A DNA stretch of 64,000 nucleotides. Source: Obrimoposthia wandeli. Lineage: Eukaryota. Each line of letters begins with the position of its first letter. Within the stretch, counting starts at the first letter, position 1. The notes under the pieces were generated by a model. The model was not told the DNA's origin, did not search any database, and worked only from the letters and a program-made list of their open reading frames with translations. Position numbers and translations under genes: made by a program. Location: positions 1-64,000 of the forward strand of contig CDROCS010002120.1 of NCBI GenBank assembly GCA_977020255.1, written 5' to 3'. Below, in pieces: positions 1 through 12,900 of this stretch.

Positions 1-399
1 ATAGTTACGTGCTAAACATTTATGTCACGTTTTACAATTGTCCAACCAATATGGAATCCCAAAATAATTGTGAATACATAAAAAATAAATTAATTTTTCG
101 AAATGTAAAATTTTCTAAAATACCTATAAAATTATGAAAAAAATAAATGTATACTTTAGAACACTAAAAATATGATTATCTAAGCAATGAATAAGACTGG
201 CAATTTACTTTATTAAGGCCAACTCTTATATATAAAGTCGGACCAATCACATCACGCACGGAATTGTGTGTTACGACAGGCTGATAGTAACTTCCCTAAT
301 GTGACCGGCCCGAAAAGAAGCACCAAGCAATAAATGTTTCAGGAAGAGACACAGTTCACAAAAAGGTTTCAAGAGGAAAATAAACACATTGTGAGATAA

Positions 400-2068
400 T
401 GCGTTCTTCTATTAACCAATTGCCTGGTGCATTCGTAGCGCAAATACTGTTCCCAGTCCACTGGCTTCTTATAGCTGTGAAGTCTTTGTAGGGAGCATCT
501 GCCATGTGTCGAATTTGTTTGATGGGGCACATGATTTGGACACCGATGAATGTCACCATTATTAGGAGTCTGTGCTGATTCTCCTGTTTCTGGTGCTCCA
601 CTTGCAATCCCAAGTTGTCACACATGATGGTGTGTTTCTGTCGCAATCATAAGGCTGTAAGGGCGCTCTGGCTTCTGCACCAGCAAATAAATGTTGCCAG
701 GTAGCAGATTCGGACAACCAGTCACTATCTTCTTTCTTAGCCGTGTTTGTACCACTGCAATTGCTTCTTCGTTTGAATCTAGGCCAGACTTTGCCTTTGA
801 GTTTGTTTGCAGGACCAAATGCTTGCGTACTTCTTTAAGGGGGTCTAACTTATCCGTCTAAGATTCGGGGCAATGTAGTTTATGTATGGCTACTTCAAGT
901 GCAGCTGACATAATTTAGGGAAGCCACATTTTAAAATAGATCACAATATCCTGTCATTGTGGCAGTGTCATCAGCTATTTTCCACTTCTCGTCTGGGATT
1001 CTGACCTCTTGCTGGCAGAGGTCGATAATTGTGTCACAGTATTCCAATATCTCAGTTGGCTCGAGTTGTGACTTTTTATTGTTTATTTAGATTCCCCCAT
1101 TTCTGGAAAAATCCCATTTTCCCCAGACTTTAGATTCTGGTTTTCGAAATTATCAAGATATCGTCAAATTAGACGTGCGTGAGATCGACTTTCCATGTAT
1201 TCTGGAGCTGTTTAGGCACTTGAATTAGCATCCATGAGGCTCTGCCTCGTTAGGGAGTCTTTGTAAATATGCAGTGGTGGCCTTCGTTTCACAAGTGTGT
1301 AAGAATGTCTTACCGCTTGCATGATTTTATTTGATAAAAAGCTCCGCTTTTAAATCAATTTTGATGATCATCTTCCTTTGAATTTCCCGCCATTTATTAG
1401 CCAGACTGGGCTATCTTTATATGAAGCTTCGGAAAATGTGGCGCCAGATGTTTAAAATCTACAATAAATAAGTCTTCACAGGCGGCGAATCTACTTTATG
1501 TACCATTCGGGCAGGAACAGAAAGGTTCTTTCGTAGATTTCTCTATGAATCCCGCCTGAAATAACGCCTTAACACATGCATCGATGTGGTGGCTTCTCGA
1601 TAAGGTTCAGGGATGAATCGTTTACGTTTCCTGAAACGCTTTATATTGGCATAGAGCGCATAACCGCCCGAAAGCCAGGAGTGTCAATCTCCCGTCTAAG
1701 TCCACATCGCTAAAGTCACTTGGCATACAAAAAGTAGCATCTGGCAGACGTTTTCACAGTAAGCTGCTTCCTAAGATAGCTGTGCAATCTTCTTATTGGT
1801 CGCTTTTAAAAGCTTGTCTATCTTGCTGCCATCTGGAGTCATTGTAAAATAATGCTGCATCAGTTTTAATAGAGCTCTGGTAATATTCTTCTTCTCCTGC
1901 TTCTGTGAAGGCTAGGGCATGTTTACGTTTCCGGTTAGCGGCAATACTTGGACTGTAGTCATTTGCTGAAAGAAAGCTTCTATGGTTTGTCTGGAGAGGA
2001 CCGACAATGGTATGTCTTGATAGACATCTGCTGACATGATATTTATCAGCATAAAATTCCGCCATCAA
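400..2068 (-). pseudogene. Reverse transcriptase-RNase H pseudogene
   Basis: RT motifs (DLK.xFYQI, xDDILI, KS.L.P) and RNaseH motifs in the expected order, with several frameshifts. Confidence 0.75.
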
Positions 2069-2082
2069 TCAAGATCATGGGA

Positions 2083-2715
2083 TTATTGTGGGCCGCTAGT
2101 GCCTTCAGTAAACGGCGGGCGTCCATGGCCTCCCCTCGCATAGCTACTTCTACCACGTACCCTTGATCCCCTTCTTGCATTTATGGCCTTGTGAGCCTCA
2201 AATCGGGCAATTTCTTCTGATTGAATATCCGTGATTCTTGCCAGGTTTGATGTCTTTGTCTCTTTGGCTGCCCAGCCGATTGTGACGGCACTAAAGAACA
2301 TGGAGATTCGCTCCGCGATGTGGTCTCGATTGAGTGGTACTCCCGGAGGTCAAGCATATCTTCAATGCGCAGAAGGGAGTCGAGCTCGTGCCAAGACCGC
2401 TTGTCCTTTTTTCAGTATTCGAGAGACCTCCGCCATGTTTTCTTGTTGAAAGAACTCTCTTGTTGGGGGAACGATGTACTCTTGCCTGATTGGCATTTCG
2501 CATTGTCTTGCTGGTGGCTCCGGTTCTGATAAAATTTCCTTTGTATCATTTGCCTGAGTAGGTTCCTCTTCTTGTTGCATCTTTGGTCTTCGTTGTCGGA
2601 CTGCAGTGGCGTCGACAGATTTTGTTCGGAGCTTGTATCCACCAGTTGTGCTTGGAAAAGAAGCAGACTCGTTGCTCTCGCTATCGTACAAATCTGCTAT
2701 TTCGTCTACTTCATC
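2083..2715 (-). pseudogene. ORF1 (gag/core-like) of the retroelement; one frame with internal stops, acidic N-terminus, Arg/Gly-rich C-terminus
   Basis: ORFs 2362..2691 and 2083..2301 are in the same frame and end RRGSRVRGRSSYARGGHGRPP. Confidence 0.55.
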
Positions 2716-4039
2716 TTATATTTATTGCCGTACCTAATGTGCAAAGTGAACAAACCGTCTACACAATCTGGTAACATGTCTACCTTTTAATACATTCTTA
2801 AATACATTCTATATATAGTGTTTTTCTACTCATCTTTTGTTTTGATTTAAACAGTGTTTCCAAAACTGGCTATATTATTCTTATGAACATATGAAGAGTT
2901 CAATACGACATATTTTCACTAATTTTAGAATGAATATATTTACAGTTTATCCTCCTTTTTTGTATGTAGCACAACTTCATCGTTCTTTTTATTTGCTATT
3001 CCAACTTTCACTTGCTATATATATTCTTATGTTCTTTGCATTTTTGTTGAATACCATTTTAGAATGCTTCTATCGGAACACTTTAAATTATTTCTGTAAC
3101 TATTACATTTCGAATATATTTGCTTTCTTCATTATATTTTTATTTATTTACTGCAGATTTAGTTCATATATAAAAATATAATTATGATTGTACTTTCTGT
3201 AGTAATTATTTTAAATTATTCTTACTATTTTAAAATGCACAATTAAATGAGCAGTTAATTAATTCCGTTAAAGAAATAAAATTTTATTTCTGAAACAATA
3301 ATTATACCTTTAAAATACGAAATGTATGGTTTTTATAGAATCGAAATTTAGTAATATGAATAAATATATTTAAAACTTATGTGCATAAGATAAGAACTTT
3401 ATTCATGAATCAACTATAATGCACAATTACTTTAGTATTCACTATGAATTAGTGCACATTAGAATGTTTCATTTAGATTTAAATCAATTAAAAAATAAAA
3501 TTTAACATATAATATGATATAAATGTATCAATTAGTTAATATGAATATTTTAAAGGTCAATAATTTGATATAAATTAAATTAAATATTAATCCAGTATGA
3601 GAATCACACCACATATGATATGTATATTAGTATTTCCCCCTTACAATTTAATAATGACCTAATGTAATGTACACGCATCTTTTTATTAGCATTTTGAAAT
3701 CTGTCCAATGTATTGATTTATAAGCAAGCATTTTGAAAAACTATTATGTAGGTGGGTAATTTATCATTAAGGGTTTCTATATCTAAAATTTATAATAAAT
3801 ATAAAACTAACTATCAAATTTCTATAAAAACTAAAAGAGCCAACAAAAAATATCGAATAAATACTCAAATAAATAATTTTTTACTTACAAATTTTATACA
3901 GTGTTTCCTTTAATTATTCATTTAAAACTTTATTTTAAAAAATCATTTATTGTGGGTAAAATTTACATATGAAAAATCCGTTTGATCTGTAGCAGACTCT
4001 TTGAATAGAATCAGATATTAAAACTTATAATTATTTTGA

Positions 4040-4885
4040 TTATAAAATTTGTTTCAGAGCCAGTGAAATTTTCTTTGGACGCCGATGGATCAGTGCTAAT
4101 TCATATAAATTCACAAACCTACTTTTGGCAAGTTTCTCAGCACTCCAGTGAAGACCTACATAATCTTTGCAGAGAAATGGGATTCGCGTTAGTAAATTTC
4201 CTTGCACTTCGAGTCAGTGTTGTTAAATGAATGAATTTCTACAACGTGTTTTAGACTCAGCATTATAGATGTTTAAATATTATCTTTATTAATTTTAAAT
4301 ATTGTGTAAAACCCTTTTCTTTGATTTAAATTACTTGAAATTTCTTTGAAATGATGAACAAATATTTATATTTTATCAATAATTCAATTTGGTTGTTTCA
4401 GTATTGACTGGACATCATCAGTGAAATAAAAATATATGAAGCATATTTTAAATATACATTTCTGGCAAAATTAAAAGAAACAAAACTTATTTTGCCTTCA
4501 TTTGGTAAACAGTATCATAAAATAATTTGAAGTTTTTGGAGTTGCATGAAAATACAGATGATAGAGTGGTATCTCGAAAGAAATGGCATATCCATGAAAT
4601 ATCGATTTCTGTATCATACAGTCGAGATCAAATCTAATTATGCGGAATATAAGGATGTAAGAGTGCTTGACTGGCCTAGAAATAGCCCAATTCTTAAGTC
4701 CCTTGAAAATCTTTAGCAGTTGAAAATAAATAACTGATAATGTTAAAATTGGACAAAGCATTACATCATATTAAGTATTTTTACTATAGACATCTTGACG
4801 TTGGTATCCATGAAACTCTTAACAAACTTATTCAATCAATGCATCGTAGAAATCAATAAATTAAAGGTAGCACACAATATCTTAA
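4040..4885 (+). mobile_element. Tc1-like transposase remnant
   Basis: + strand reads EPVKFSLDADG (~4057), VRVLDWPRNSPILKSLENL* (~4657-4715; cf. WPxNSPDLNPIENLW) and LIQSMHRR...IKGSTQY near 4830-4885. Confidence 0.75.
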
Positions 4886-6599
4886 GAACAGTTAATTTAA
4901 TGGAAATATATGTAAATTTTCTTTCTATGTGGATAATGGCGTTTTAGATCAAGTTAATAATAGACAAAAATGCTGCTCCTTTTGGTGTCACTAAATTTCC
5001 GTTTCAATACATATCCTTATTTATCATGCATCAATTAATTGGTTGTGAATTTCTGACAAAATTTAACGAGACGAGTTTAACAGGACTAATATGGAATCCT
5101 AGGCTTAGACTAATCTGAGTATTTACCTAAGTATCAAAACCACTACAAACAATAAAAATATGTTATTAGTACAATAGTATAAAAGTGACTAAATTATAAA
5201 AACTTTCTTCTGCATTGTGTTTCTGTAAATTTGTCAATTACATAATCGAAATTATGTGATCAGTAACACCCATCTAACATGAATTTGCGAAAATGAAAAA
5301 TGATATGTAAGATATAAGTCAATATGCTATTAAATATATCAAAATAAAATATCAATCAGCTTATCAATCGCTCACTGAAATTTACCGCCTATGCAGGTGC
5401 CTGTGTTGCCTAGGCCTAAATACGGTTATGTATGTAGACCTTAGTTAAATTAAATACAATGGTTGAGTTGAATACATTAAAAATCAAGATTTTCAATTTG
5501 TTTTCATTAATTTTGACAATAATGTACATTATTAGTTATAAAACATTTTAATGAAAAGCTAATCTAATGAAATAACAGATAAACATTTTATACGACTGCA
5601 TTACATACAATTTACACTTCTAAATACTCTTTCCTATTTCTCACAACAAAGTTTAGTAAAAATAACAAACAAAGGACTCAGCCAAAAATATTTGTTTTAA
5701 ATGAAAATCAATTGAAATTTTAAAAAATAATACTAAATCAATTAAATTTATTAATAAATTTTGTAAAAAAATTATTTCAATTGTATAGTTTTGGCTGGTA
5801 GTATCCAATTATACCATAATAATTAACAGAATGGACAATTATTTTATAAAAATTCAATAGCCAATCAAATTAAAATTATAAAATCTACCTAAATTCCTTA
5901 AATCATTATTTTCATATCACTAATTTATTTTTGAATTTTTTAAATTATAATTCGTTTAAAAGTTAAACATGTACCATTAACTTTAAAATTAAATGTCTAA
6001 ATTCCTTTTTTTAATTATTTCTCTTAAAATTTGGAAATGATTATATCTAATTAATAAGAAATAATCCCAAGTGGTATCCTTTAATCTCAATCGTTTTAAT
6101 TTTGTAGGTTAATTATACTAATTTGACGACGAATCTGTGCTTAGTATTGGCTAAATATGTCTAGTACAAGAGAAAATAAGTAATAAAATTATTAAAGTTC
6201 TTGTTTAGCTTTGTAATATTTCAAATTATATCTTTATTTAAGTCATTTAGAAATGTTATTTTATATACGTTAAATACAATGTCGGGTTTGAACATAAAAT
6301 AAATTCTTTAAAAAATATAATATTTGTTTAATAATAATTAATTCAAAAAGCAATTTGAACTTCAAAATAACTTTAAAAAATTAATATTATTAACTTTCGT
6401 TTTATCAACGTGAATTATAGATATCATATATTTATTGACATAAACTATATACGTAAGTGTAGAAGATAATTCGTTCAAAAGCAGTTTCCTTTGAAATTTC
6501 GACTAAATAAAAGTATTTGAAAAAAATTCATTTGTTCTTTTTGTTTAAAATGTTTAAGTTTTTACAGATATTTAGCAGTTATGAATGATAATTTTTATA

Positions 6600-7400
6600 A
6601 GTTCTCTTTTAGACGTTCTCTTCTGAAGGGTTTTATGATTGCTGTTTTGAAATTCATTGGAGATAATGTTCTTTAGTTCATCAACAGTCTGACACTTTAG
6701 GAGAAAATTTGAGGTTTTAATAAACTCTACAAACCATTATCGCAGTAAATAAGGTCTGGAGTCCTTGCAACTAAACAGAATTTACCAATTCAATGATTTG
6801 AAAAAAATTAAGTTGACGTACGTTCTTATGACTTTGGTCGTGTGAGCCTGAACCTCATCCCGTTAAAAATGAGAAGAGTAAAAAATCTCAAGTGTTGTAA
6901 ACCAGGTATGAATTATGTCCTCAACATTTCAATGTAAACATCTGCTGACACAATAAAATGGTCGTCTGACGTTGCTGCTCATATCATTACACTTGAAGAA
7001 TGCTGCTGAATTTTCTATCAGGACAACATTGAACACTCAACTCACAATCAGCGTTTGACAAACATTAAACTTTTCCTCTAAATCGTTCTCTATTACACTT
7101 TACAAAATGTATCTAGCAACACATAATTTGACTTTCTTTCCTGATGCTTAATTTTGAGTTATATTGCACTGATTCATTCACTGCATCTGCCACATCCCCA
7201 CACTCAGAAGGTCTACCAGTTCTTGGTGAACCCAACTATCTGTCTGTAGTAAACTGTTTCTCCATTCAAGCTCTAATTTGACATCCTCTTGGTGGCTCTT
7301 CTTAATAATTTTCTCTTAACTTGATTTTTAAATGCTGTATTGCCTTATCAGCTCTATCAGATTCATAATGCCATGCTGCAGCTTGAATACGATAAGTAAA
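6600..7400 (-). mobile_element. Tc1/mariner transposase remnant
   Basis: Minus strand: GSPRTGRP (HTH region), AQAHTTKVIRTYV, ARTPDLIYCD (cf. WPPRSPDLTPCD). Confidence 0.65.
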
Positions 7401-8054
7401 TGTACGTGGTATATGGTGAAAATTTTGCATTTAGTACAACCGTCTTAACAATAAAATTTAGAAATTTTATCTCTAGAGAAACAATAACAAAGAATATTGA
7501 GTATACCGAAAGACTAATAATATGTATTACTCTCTATATATACTCTATTATAATAACAACAACAAAAAATTCTGAAGATATATAAAATAATCGATGTATA
7601 AATATTTATATAAGAAATACTGCAGAAAAATATATTTTTATAAAGTACCGCGTTTTCGTTTATTATAAAGTTATCCAACCAACCACAAGATTGTCAAAAT
7701 ACCCCTTAATAAGTGTTGTACTTAGAGAAAAAGTATTTTGTTGTTAAGTTTCTACGAGCTTTATAAGTTGTCCCATTTCATAAGTAACATAAAAACTTGT
7801 AATCGTCAGTTAAATATATCAAATTCAATTTCATTTCCAAAACTAATATAAATTTTAAAAAAATGGTGCCCAATTAACCCCATCTTACTCTATGTCCGTT
7901 AGATAGATAATTGAAATAAAAATCAAATTACAAAAATATCAAAATTTCCAGAAAATTAAACAAATGCAAGATATGAAATTAGAAATATTTTTATTTTCCA
8001 ACTTCTGCTGTCAAAGATATTACTTACAAATGTCCACGTCAAATATGAGACAAT

Positions 8055-8830
8055 AGATTTACTTGAGTTGTTCTAAATTTGTTAATAAAATAAAACTAGT
8101 GTTTGAAGATTTTTTGTTTTACTCGACCAGAACGGGGAGGTCAAACAGCAGCAGACTAGCGCAGCCCGGTGAGAAGCTTCTGGCACACACATTCTATTGC
8201 CAGTACTATCACTTAAGTTTGGAACAGTGCAGACAAATAAATACCACTGGCCTCCACTACTTGCACTACTATGACCAGCCGCACTTAATCGCCACTGTTC
8301 AATGTCAAGGTTTGTGCATTATCCACACTGATATAAATCGTTTATTATCATTTATTAACTTTACACAATAACAGGCTAATTCGTGGGTAGAAATCCACTG
8401 TTCATATGGGATATTTAGTTAGGGGAGTAAGTGTTTCCCTGCAACAGTCCAACAATACTGGTTTGTCAGCTAGCCACCGAGTACTCAAAATAAAAACTGA
8501 GAACGACAAAAATTCAAGAGCTGCAACTTCTAGAGCAACATATATTAAATGCAGCAATATCTCTTTTCTTTGGCTTCTAACTATCTATTAAGATTTAGCA
8601 TCTCTCTATTTTCAAAGAGAGTCATCTAATCACTATACACAAAGTTGTTGGGCTCCTTGTACCTCTCACGTTTTGTGTTTTCCCGCGAAGTCTCCATTCA
8701 TGCCAGCTGGAGCCTCCCTTTCTGGAATTGGGACATGTAACACACGACTTGTACTCGACCAACTGTGTATACTGTTGTCTGCATCTGTTGTACATCCATC
8801 TCTTCCTTTCATTCTTCACCTCCAACTACA
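8055..8830 (-). mobile_element. 3' fragment of an RLE-type non-LTR retrotransposon (R2/NeSL-like)
   Basis: GC-richer block; minus strand has a Cys-rich RCRQ...VTCP segment followed by LFENRE...LEAKEKRY, resembling the PFEN...K.xKY endonuclease region. Confidence 0.45.
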
Positions 8831-9780
8831 TTTTAATCGTGGTGAGATTTAAGACACGTGCTTTCAAATATGAATATTTTGAATCAATAACTTGAAGGTA
8901 TTTGAAAAAGTATTTATAAAGTTAAAAGCCAATTGAAACGAGGGAAAATGTATCTTCTCGTATGAATAAAATTACCCAAACTGAGCAAATAATAACGTTA
9001 ATTTTATACTTTTGCAATTTAAGTACTTTTAAATTATAAGTAGTTTGCAAATGAAAATTATCAGAAACTTTTTCAATACTCTTTTGTGAATATTCTTATG
9101 TCTCTTCCTAAAAATGACATGTCAAAAACAAGATTGTATCATGAAAAGGCAACACAACAATAAGTCATTAATTTGACATTTGTGAGTATATCGTAGTTAT
9201 GTGAATCCAGTTTTGTTTCTTATTTTCAATAGTGAACCTACTAGCCACGTCTTCTCTTAATTCGTTGTATCTTACATCTCAGTCGAGTCAGAATCTCGAA
9301 GCTTAATGTCATATCGTGTACATTACCAAATTGTCTGTTAGCCTGAAATATGCACCTTCCTTGTAAAAATTGAATTGTATTTTTATTTGAATCACAAGTT
9401 GCTGATAAACGTATAAAATTCAATAGAATCAATAATATTCATAATTATAAAATAAACGATTTCGGGTGGGAACTTAGGATAAGAATTAATTTTTTTTTAA
9501 ATTTCCCAAAATCAGCAAATTTGAAAATTAAATTATTATTTGGTCTAAAATTGAAAGAGTAAAACAAATGTAAAGAAATTTGTTTATGGTGTTGGATATT
9601 CTAATGTACCGGATTTGGCGGTTGCTTGATTTGAGAGACTAGAATTAGAAAGATTGTACTGTAGATGAATTCCATTTAATCAACAGATTTTTGTCTATGA
9701 AATTAGAGTGTCATAATTCCGTCAGTAATTTGTTAATTAGTTTTGACTGAAAATAACTTATATATTCAACTGCCTTTCAG

Positions 9781-9913
9781 CTGATATTTCGCTGAAGTAC
9801 AATAAACAAAATAAATCAGTTTCGGCTGAATTAAACGGACAGTGGCATGAAATTTGTGCCGATGGTATTGATCAATACGCAGCCAACGTTATTTGCTCAA
9901 ATCTTGGATATAA
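9781..9913 (+). CDS. Host exon: SRCR1 N-half
   Basis: tttcag|..DISLKYNKQNKSVSAELNGQWHEICADGIDQYAANVICSNLGY..|gtgagt. Confidence 0.85.
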
Positions 9914-12900
9914 GTGAGTTCTATAAATTTATTTGAAAATTGCTAAGGTCATTCTAAACATTTTGAGAGAACCTGATTAATTATTTTGATAACTTATATG
10001 AGACAAAATCAATTTGCATTCCTTTTAATTAGGTTTATCAAATATTAAACCTGAAATATCAGAATTATACGTCAATTCAAAAAGTAATTATCTTCATCTA
10101 TATTTAATAACTTTATTTTGTCTAAAGAAGTATGGAATTTACAAAGAATGCTACATATATCCTATTTCTACCTTGTAAGAAAATAAATGTAAACAGCCAT
10201 ATATTCATGATTTGTGACAAAAATACATGTGGAGATGAAGTACTGTCACTAGAAACCATTTTTATGCATTTTTAGCAGCCAAGATACAAGTTTCACAGAT
10301 GGTGAGGGTTGTTCGACCTCAAACATCTTTCACTGGCGAAAACATATCAAATATTAAAAATTTAGTAACTAATAATCCTCAAATAAATATTAATTATTTG
10401 TTGAAAAAACTAATATTAGTCATACCTCTATAATATGATATTTTAACGAAATCACTTAACTTACTACATCAATGTAGCGTATGGATTCCGAAGAATCTGA
10501 CAGAGGCACAAATGAAAATACGTATTGAAGTTAGAAAACTTTTGTTTTACATAGGATCTGGTTATAGTTAACGAAAAAAGATTTTATTGAAGAGATGTTA
10601 ACACGAGAAAAATAACAAAACATGGTTCAAACTGAGTGAACCTGTAGAATGCATTGTTAGGTGGATGCAATCTGATGAAAAGTTCCATTGTCTAATAATA
10701 ATGACTATAGGTAAAAAAAGTTTATTTCAAACTATTACCAAATGAAAAAACAATCAAAATGTAAAAACATTTCATCGTAGAGTATCAATCTGTTGATCAA
10801 AATGACACGTGCATAATGCTAGACCTTATGTATCAAAAGAATCTAATATTTTTGTCTTTCGGGCCACCTCGATTACTGAGGCTATTTAATACTCAAAATA
10901 CTACTCGAATAATTTACTATTCGGATATATTCGAAAGGTTTCTATATAGAGTTTCATTCTGTCTTTCCGAAAAGGATAATTTCAAATCCCAATTGTTAGC
11001 CAGTTCCAGTCACTAGTTAGGCCAAGTCTAATTTTGATGGAATTAATTTATCATTTTCAGGCGATTTTCGATAAATCAATATATTTTTGAATTAATAATA
11101 ACGGTAAAATATTCAATTTAAAATTAAATTTAAATAATGATTTATTGATTTCTATATAGAGTTTCTTTCTCTCTTTCTGAAAAGGATAATTTCAAATCCC
11201 AATTATTAGTCAATTCCAGTCATTAGTTAGGCCTAGTCAAAGTTTGATGAAATTATTAGATCATTTTCAGTGAATTTACCCATATTTCTATCAATTTTCT
11301 TTGATTTTAGTTTAAGGACATATTTACTTTCAGAATAAATAAGTTGCATTTCCGGACGATTCTTATGTGCCAGTGTGTCTTAGGGTAATAAAGTTTTTCA
11401 TGGCTTCTTATGTGGTAGATGTACTCATTGGATTTCTCTTCAACATATTTAAAGTATTTCTCCGTGTAATAGAGGTGTAATTTGAAGAGAGTATATAATG
11501 ATCAATAAGTGAGAGGTAAATTAGTCAATTTACGATCAAGAGTATATTATTAATTTTAATATGCATCTATAACTAAGAATTTTATTAAATTTCAAAATGA
11601 TTCACTAATTAAATCTAAAATTTTATTAACTTTCTTTAGCAAAAGTTTTTATTTGTAAAAGAATCTGTAAAAGTTTTGTTACTAAAACTTGATTACTTTA
11701 CATTTTTATTTTTGTTTCAAAGATGATTGTTTGAATATTAGCTTATTTAAGGAAATTAATCTATGTAATAAATAAGTAATTAATTAAATTATCACTAGCA
11801 AACATCGGATATCAATACTATATTCGAACATTTTGTTTAGTAAAACATATATTGCAATCCAATGTTCTCAATGTTGATTAAATGAATGCGTATTGATTAC
11901 ATATCCTCCTGAGTGAATCAATGATGGTATACGATCAAGGCTGAAAACTCTATTGAAACGCGAACCGAGTAATTTTCTTCAGCTAGTTGATATTTCGTCA
12001 GAAATAAAATTATATATTAATTAGTACAATAAAAGAGACTTACTTCACCTTTTAATTGATTTTGAATCATTTTCTGTTTATACAAGTACAGTTCCGCCCT
12101 TAATGATTTGGATTTCGGAATCAAATACTCCATAGATTATGATATTTGTTGGATTTTTAAGTGCTTTTGTAAACTTGATTTCTACTTTCAAATTTCCCTG
12201 ATTAGGAATTTGAGCTTGAGTAATGTCGAAATCCGGAGAAAGAACAAATGTGAATAGCGTATACTTGTCTTTGAAATCTTGCAATGAAATACCAACATTA
12301 GAATCCTTATTCAAATGACCAAGATTTCTAATTAGAGATTGCACATAAGAAAACACATAATCATCGTTTTCAAAGTCATTCGAGTATGTTTCCTGATAAT
12401 CAATATTACGTGCAAGTTTATTGAGTTCACATGCATATAACCAAATTGAGAAACTTCCCTTTTAGAGCTTCCTCCATAGGTTAATGTGTTCTGGAAAGCA
12501 ATTAAAACAAAGTTAGGGAGCTGCATATTACCGAAAATCTGGTCCTTGTAATAGGAAAGCGCTCCAGTAGGAATTGCATGAGAAACAAGATTCGTATGGG
12601 ATAACATGCATTTTGCTTTTCAAGGCCCATGCGATGAGCGATAAGTACTGACGGTTCAACCTTTACTCTACGAACCAGCAACTTTGCTTCTGTAATCTCA
12701 ATTGCAGGAGTAATTGATTCGGCGCAAACAATACTGAAACCTACCGGGTTTCTCTTCATTCTAATATGAACATTTATTCCAGGCAAAAGATACTTTGGCT
12801 GCTTAAAGAAATCCAAATGAAGACTTCCACATAGTGACAATACCTTAGACTTTTCAATCCAAGCTTTCTGTTTTCATCGTCATCATCAAATTTAATAGCA

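Larger units (their letters stand above)
200..2815 (-). mobile_element. Degenerate retroelement with DIRS/hepadna-like RT-RNaseH and an upstream Arg-rich ORF1; no tyrosine recombinase visible
   Basis: Minus-strand motifs across stops and frameshifts: VKALFQAGFIEKST, FIVDFKHL, IKIDLKA.FYQI, V*FDDILIISK (~1150-1175), KKSQLEPTEILEYCDTIIDL..V.IPDEK; RNaseH-like AEARAPL / IMCDNLGL / MADAP. Boundaries approximate. Confidence 0.75.

Noticed and set aside
4969-5040. MLLLLVSLNF... as host signal-peptide exon
   Set aside because: No suitable phase-1 donor before the stop; the first exon remains unidentified.
10120-10310. Possible micro-exons after exon 9781-9913
   Set aside because: Exon 21182-21327 already completes SRCR1 in the correct phase; the candidates lack SRCR motifs.
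10816-11016. Near-identical 60-66 aa ORFs at 10816 and 17546
   Set aside because: They are the two TIR copies read in frame by chance; no coding signature.
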